From Candidatus Saccharimonadota bacterium (GTDB taxonomy: Archaea > Nanohalarchaeota > Nanosalinia > Nanosalinales > Nanosalinaceae), in contig NZ_CP107255.1 in NCBI RefSeq assembly GCF_029232205.1, positions 900,001 through 932,000 of the forward strand: a stretch of DNA of 32,000 nucleotides, read 5' to 3'. Below are positions 27,781-32,000 of this stretch, one piece after another; the first letter of the stretch is position 1, and each line of letters opens with the position of its first letter. The translations under genes were made by a program, and so were the position numbers. Below the pieces are notes generated by a model. That model searched no databases. It was not told the origin of the DNA and saw only the letters and a program-made list of their open reading frames with translations.

Positions 27781-28461
27781 TCAGTCAATTCTTACCGACA
27801 CTACGTTTCTGTATACTCTTTCCCCGTTTTCCTCTCCTACAAGTTCGTAGCTTCTCTTTATCTCCGGGTCGTATCTGTCTCTCAGCATTGATAGAATCTT
27901 CTTGTTCATTGGCTCTGTTGACAGGAAGAAGTCGATGCCGTGTTTGTTTTTCTCTACGTTGGCCAGAAAGTCTTTTCTGGTCTCATTCGTCAGTTCTGCG
28001 GCCTTATCGACAATATCATTTGATATAGGTTCTAGTTCGGCATCTCCTCTGAGCTGTATTTTGGCCTTGTAGAATCCTCCCTGGAATTTTGAGCAGTCCT
28101 TACACTGATGGTTTTTGAAGACCACCTGTGTGTCATATGAGTCCTTCATAGGGCCTTTTTCGGCGTGTACTCTGACATACATCTGATCTTCTTCCTCCCA
28201 GAACTGTAGCTGCATCTCCACGTCTTCTTCTGAGAAGTCGGAGAATTTTTCCGCTAGCTGGTCCTGTACTGTGTAGGCCTCGATCCACTGGCCTCTGTGT
28301 TTCATTCTTCCGCATACACTGCAGACCACGATTTCTACTTTGTCAGGGACTTCCAGGAGATCGTGTTTGTCTGTGTAGCAGTCTGCGCACAGCTTTTTCC
28401 CGTCTCCGTAGAGGGCCTTTGTTTCTTCGCCGCATCTTGGGCAGAATTTTGATAGTTCCAT
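27781..28461 (-). CDS. NMD3-family protein (archaeal homologue of the 60S export adaptor)
   Basis: 226 aa. N-terminal CPRCG...CADCY and VCSVCGR...H zinc clusters followed by the NMD3 core. Confidence 0.8.
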   Translation of the reverse strand: MELSKFCPRCGEETKALYGDGKKLCADCYTDKHDLLEVPDKVEIVVCSVCGRMKHRGQWIEAYTVQDQLAEKFSDFSEEDVEMQLQFWEEEDQMYVRVHAEKGPMKDSYDTQVVFKNHQCKDCSKFQGGFYKAKIQLRGDAELEPISNDIVDKAAELTNETRKDFLANVEKNKHGIDFFLSTEPMNKKILSMLRDRYDPEIKRSYELVGEENGERVYRNVVSVRID

Positions 28462-28542
28462 ATGGATTGGTTGTGTGGCAAAGGTTTTAACGCCGAAACC
28501 CCAACCTTTTTATTAATCAGATAATAAATTAGTTACTATAAG

Positions 28543-29286
28543 GTGACAACAAAAATGACAAGCGCAACCTGGGATCGTACGGATAGGATGCTGGAACGTA
28601 AAGAGGCTGATGGAGAAGTTGAGTGGAGAGATGGCGAACCTCACTTTGCAGGCCGGCATATGATTCACGAAGATACAGATATTGATGGCGGAGTTTATCT
28701 TGGCAGTGGAGAAAGAGAGGCCATCGTTGTTGATTCCGAGAAGTACGATGAAGTTGACAGAATGTATCAAAAGGCCAGAAGTAAGGCAACAGATTCCACA
28801 GGAAATGTGAACAAGAATTTTGCCCTTAATGCGGTTCACGAGGTAGCTATGGAAGAGTTTACTCCGTCCGAAGAAAATATGGACAGGCTTGTTGACATGT
28901 ACGGAGACATTACTGACGAAGATATTGATTCCGAGAGAGACATGAGAGATGAGGCCTATCTTTCCAGTAAGATTGCAGAACATTACGGAGTTCAGAACGA
29001 TGGAAAGATCGCTCTGGATGTTTTCGCGAAAGAAGGAGTTGGTGTCTGCCGTCACAGAGCTCTGGCTGCTGGAGCAATGATTGAAAAGTTCCAGGAAGAC
29101 GGAGTACTGACCGGAGAAGTAAGCGTGGACAGAAACTCACGCGGAAGATACGGTCACGCATGGGTCAGATACGAGAACTCAGCTGGCGAAGCCTTCGTGA
29201 TAGATCCAATGCAGGACACTATCGGGCGTCTTGAAGATACAGAAGACGCAGCCTGGGACTACGAAAGACCAGAGGACAACATTTGA
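28543..29286 (+). CDS. transglutaminase-like / papain-fold cysteine peptidase-like protein
   Basis: 247 aa. Putative triad GVGVCRHRA (Cys), YGHAWVRY (His) and FVIDP (Asp). Long acidic N-terminal region. Confidence 0.55.
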   Translation: MTTKMTSATWDRTDRMLERKEADGEVEWRDGEPHFAGRHMIHEDTDIDGGVYLGSGEREAIVVDSEKYDEVDRMYQKARSKATDSTGNVNKNFALNAVHEVAMEEFTPSEENMDRLVDMYGDITDEDIDSERDMRDEAYLSSKIAEHYGVQNDGKIALDVFAKEGVGVCRHRALAAGAMIEKFQEDGVLTGEVSVDRNSRGRYGHAWVRYENSAGEAFVIDPMQDTIGRLEDTEDAAWDYERPEDNI

Positions 29287-29630
29287 TCCTCTTTTCTTTC
29301 AAATTCTATTTTCTGGCCTTCCTCTATTTGCAGTTCTTCAAAGCTTTCAAGCAGGTAACGGTAAGGCCTTCCCGGAGAGTACACTTTCCACGTTTTCGGA
29401 TTGGGTGTCCAGGGCATTGCTTTCTGGATGTCGATGACTTCTTTTTCCGAGTTCATGAAGTAGAGATGTAGAGGTTTTCTGACCAGCATCATGTCTATTG
29501 AGGCCCTTGTGTCTCGAGAGAATGTGAACAGCATTTTTCCTTCTGTACGAAATGACAGGCCTCTGGCCTTTTTCAGGAATGAATCTGCTACCTCTACTTC
29601 ATGTTGTTCTCCGTTGATTTCGATCTTCAT
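29259..29630 (-). CDS. DUF192 (UPF0127) family protein
   Basis: 123 aa. ARGLSFR...MLF.F......IDMMLVRKPLHLYFMN pattern. Convergent 28-nt overlap with the previous gene. Confidence 0.6.
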   Translation of the reverse strand: MKIEINGEQHEVEVADSFLKKARGLSFRTEGKMLFTFSRDTRASIDMMLVRKPLHLYFMNSEKEVIDIQKAMPWTPNPKTWKVYSPGRPYRYLLESFEELQIEEGQKIEFERKEDQMLSSGLS

Positions 29631-29668
29631 GCAAAAAGTATTTGCGTTTGAGCGGTTAATTGTTTGGT

Positions 29669-30043
29669 ATGGACGAAGAAGAATTGAAGAAGAGGCTTTC
29701 AGAGGAAGAGTACAGGATTTTACGTGAGAGCGGTACAGAAGCTCCTGGTACCGGAGAGTTTCTGAATCACAGTGAGGCCGGAGTTTATCGGTGTAAGGCC
29801 TGCGGCCAGAAACTATTTCAGTCAGATGACAAGTTCGACTCCGATAGATGGCCTAGCTTCAAGGATGCGATCATGGACAATATAGAGTTGAAGAAAGATC
29901 TTAGCCATGGAATGAACCGTGTAGAAGTATGCTGTTCGGGCTGTGGATCTCACTTGGGCCATGTATTCGATGATGGGCCTGAGCCTACAGGCAAGAGATA
30001 CTGCATTAACTCGAAGGCCCTGGATTTTGAGGAAGAGAATTGA
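29669..30043 (+). CDS. msrB: peptide-methionine (R)-S-oxide reductase
   Basis: YRCKACGQKLF, WPSF, CSGCGSHLGHVFDDGP and RYCINS motifs. ATG 29669 is preferred over TTG 29660. Confidence 0.92.
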   Translation: MDEEELKKRLSEEEYRILRESGTEAPGTGEFLNHSEAGVYRCKACGQKLFQSDDKFDSDRWPSFKDAIMDNIELKKDLSHGMNRVEVCCSGCGSHLGHVFDDGPEPTGKRYCINSKALDFEEEN

Positions 30044-30091
30044 AAGCCACCTTGTGTGGCTTATTGCGTGTGAATCTGAGCGTAACCAGTT

Positions 30092-30163
30092 CGCCCTCAC
30101 AGGGATTTGAACCCTGGATCTGCACCTCCGCAAGGTGCCGTCTTTCCACTAGACCATGAGGGC
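30092..30163 (-). tRNA. tRNA-Arg(GCG)
   Basis: Acceptor GCCCTCA/TGAGGGC. Anticodon stem GCACC/GGTGC with loop TTGCGGA. T-arm CAGGG-TTCAAAT-CCCTG. Discriminator G. Confidence 0.9.
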
Positions 30164-30417
30164 CTGTATTGGTTTAAGTAGGCTATTTTTAAAACCGGTT
30201 CGAGAGGGTAGTGCAAACCTTTTTAACAACCTTCGTCATTAAACGTTTCTGTAGTGGTTTATCATGCTGAAAAAATACATTCAGAAGATCAAGGACAAGC
30301 TAGGCCTTTAGAGTTGGTTTAGTGGTCTGAGAACTATTTTAGGGTTTTAACCCTTCTTTTTTCTCTCCATTCTTGTTTTAACTTTTTCTTTCGTATTTGG
30401 TTTCTAGGTGACTTTAA

Positions 30418-30672
30418 ATGGGAAAGATTTCATGTGTTTACAAGATTATGCCGGAAGATGATGAAACCGATCTAGAGGATATTAAGAAGCAGGTTCAGGA
30501 ATTGCTGGATGTTCAGGATATCGGTGAGGAGAATGTTGCTTTCGGTTTGAAGGCTGTAAAGGTTTCTTGCATTACTACTGATGAGGAAGGCGGAACTGAT
30601 TCCGTTGAGGAGAAGCTTGAACAGCTTGATAACGTTCAGAGTTATGAGCTTGAGCACTTTGACAAGCTTTAG
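30418..30672 (+). CDS. ef1b: translation elongation factor aEF-1beta
   Basis: 84 aa. YKIMPEDDETDL, ENVAFGLKAVKV and DEEGGTDSVEEKL pattern. Confidence 0.88.
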   Translation: MGKISCVYKIMPEDDETDLEDIKKQVQELLDVQDIGEENVAFGLKAVKVSCITTDEEGGTDSVEEKLEQLDNVQSYELEHFDKL

Positions 30673-30699
30673 GCTTGTTGCTCTTTCATATTTATTTTT

Positions 30700-30837
30700 C
30701 TATTCGAATGTTCTTTCTCCGCCGTTGCATACCGCGCAGCCATTCTCTTTCTTGTGTTCCTGACATACGTTAGCGCCGCATACCTCACAGCTTGTGACAG
30801 CTTTCTTTTTCTGGCAGTAGTCGCAGAGGCCTTCCAT
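30700..30837 (-). CDS. small zinc-finger protein (45 aa, below the ORF-track cutoff)
   Basis: Translation is MEGLCDYCQKKKAVTSCEVCGANVCQEHKKENGCAVCNGGERTFE. Spacing is CxxC-x8-CxxC-x4-C-x2-H-x5-CxxC, a cross-brace HIT/B-box-like pattern. Divergent from fen with AT-rich promoter DNA in between. Confidence 0.5.
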   Translation of the reverse strand: MEGLCDYCQKKKAVTSCEVCGANVCQEHKKENGCAVCNGGERTFE

Positions 30838-30877
30838 AGTTAGTGTTTAAACTTTGAAGATTAATTGGTTTTTTGTT

Positions 30878-31909
30878 ATGGGAGTTAACCTTGGAGAACT
30901 GGTTGAGAGCGAGGAAATAAGTTTTGCAGATTTAAACGATAAAGAGATAGCGATCGATGCTATGAATACCTTGTACCAGTTTCTCTCTATTATCCGTCAG
31001 CGAGACGGTACTCCACTGAAGGATTCGTCCGGAGAAGTTACTTCTCATCTTTCAGGCCTCTTCTACAGAAACATTAATCTCCTTGACAATAATATCAGGC
31101 CTGTCTTCGTTTTTGACGGCGAGGCTCCTGATCTCAAGGAGAAAGAGACCACGCAGAGAAGGAAGAAGCGGGAAGAGGCCCGTGAGGAGTGGAAGAAGTT
31201 GAAGGATGAGGGCAAGGTTTCTGAGGCTTACAGTAAGGCCACTCAATCGAGTAAGTTGACTGGTGATATGATTAAGGAGTCGAAGAGGCTTCTTGATGCT
31301 ATGGGTATTCCCTATGTTCAGGCTCCTAGCGAGGGCGAGGCCCAGACAGCTTACATGACTCATGAAGATTATCCTGGTAGTATCTATGCTGCGGGTTCTC
31401 AGGACTGGGATTCTCTGCTTTTTGGCGCTGAGAAGATGGTGAAGAATCTTACTACAAGAAAGACTCGGAAGACCTCTGGTGGAGGTAGAAAGGAGATTTC
31501 CACAGAGCTAATCAGGCTTGATAGTGTTCTTGAGCAGCTTGAAGTCTCTCAGGAAGAGCTGATCTGGATGGGAGTTCTGATGGGCACGGATTTCAACCCT
31601 GATGGAGTACATGGTATCGGGCCTAAGACCGCTCTAAAGCTTGTTAAAAAGTATAATTCCTGGGATAAGCTGTTTGAAGACGATAAGGTTGAGTGGGAGT
31701 CGGATAACGATCCGGAGACAATTATTGAGTTTTTCAAGAATCCTCCTGTTGAGGATATCGAGTATGAGTTCGGTGATCCTGATGAGGAGAAGATTAAGGA
31801 GATTCTCGTGGATGACCACGATTTCTCCGAAGATAGAGTAGAATCAGGCCTGAAAGACCTTTCCAACGCGTTGAGTTCGCGTCAGTCAGGCCTTGATAGC
31901 TTTACCTAG
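30878..31909 (+). CDS. fen: flap endonuclease 1
   Basis: Starts MGVNLGELV. XPG-N and XPG-I motifs (FVFDG, EGEAQ, SQDWDSLLFG) and the H3TH motif GIGPKTALKL. ATG 30878 is preferred over TTG 30854. Confidence 0.93.
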   Translation: MGVNLGELVESEEISFADLNDKEIAIDAMNTLYQFLSIIRQRDGTPLKDSSGEVTSHLSGLFYRNINLLDNNIRPVFVFDGEAPDLKEKETTQRRKKREEAREEWKKLKDEGKVSEAYSKATQSSKLTGDMIKESKRLLDAMGIPYVQAPSEGEAQTAYMTHEDYPGSIYAAGSQDWDSLLFGAEKMVKNLTTRKTRKTSGGGRKEISTELIRLDSVLEQLEVSQEELIWMGVLMGTDFNPDGVHGIGPKTALKLVKKYNSWDKLFEDDKVEWESDNDPETIIEFFKNPPVEDIEYEFGDPDEEKIKEILVDDHDFSEDRVESGLKDLSNALSSRQSGLDSFT

Positions 31910-31910
31910 T

Positions 31911-32000
31911 TTACTGGCTTCTGTAGTCTTTCAGTATAAGCTCCATCATTTCTCCAAGTTCTTGGTATCCCTGTCTGATGTCTTCGATTGCTTCTTCCTG
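31911..32000 (-). CDS. C-terminal end of an unidentified CDS running off the window
   Basis: The open minus-strand frame ends ...QEEAIEDIRQGYQELGEMMELILKDYRSQ, with its stop at 31911-31913. Only 29 codons are visible. Confidence 0.25.
   Translation of the reverse strand, partial: QEEAIEDIRQGYQELGEMMELILKDYRSQ

Noticed and set aside
22770-29055. Long antisense ORFs inside top6A, top6B, RIO1, aIF-1A/NMD3 and the transglutaminase-like gene (22770..23219, 24250..24714, 24331..24963, 26430..26897, 27492..28028, 28513..29055)
   Set aside because: The opposite strand carries confidently recognised genes. The antisense translations are Arg/Ser/Pro/Cys-rich and low complexity.
30264-30311. 15-codon ORF (MLKKYIQKIKDKLGL) between tRNA-Arg(GCG) and ef1b
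   Set aside because: It is too short, and there are no supporting signals or recognisable motif.

Overview
This window looks like archaeal chromosome and is mostly housekeeping. It carries topoisomerase VI A and B, FEN-1, aIF-1A, RIO1, a KH/Dim2-like protein, an NMD3-like protein, aEF-1beta, Sec61beta, ArgRS, deoxyhypusine synthase, an agmatinase-family enzyme and MsrB. It also holds 16S rRNA, 23S rRNA, RNase P RNA, seven intron-less tRNAs with no encoded CCA, and a candidate C/D box sRNA. Proteins are strongly acidic, GC is about 43-45% by eye, and the rRNA genes are unlinked. Together these point to a salt-in halophilic DPANN-type archaeon, probably a nanohaloarchaeon; this is inference. 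I saw no CRISPR array, integrase, transposase or recognisable defence operon. The observations most worth a second look are: (1) the palindrome AGGCCT is about ten-fold over-represented, in all three reading frames and in non-coding DNA. (2) tRNA-Arg(UCU) carries the alanine identity pair G3:U70 on a scaffold almost identical to the nearby tRNA-Ala. (3) A candidate C/D box sRNA has both guides pointing into the 23S peptidyl-transferase centre. (4) The rRNA locus is dismantled: 16S and 23S each have their own near-identical promoter motif and their own processing stems, tRNA-Ala is inverted, there is no 5S, and RNase P RNA follows 23S. (5) The 5' end of tRNA-Leu is partly repeated upstream of the gene, next to a 1.3 kb GGCC-free tract. 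Several small genes below the ORF-track cutoff are proposed: Sec61beta, two zinc-finger mini-proteins and one small membrane protein. All coordinates and counts were made by hand and need computational confirmation.
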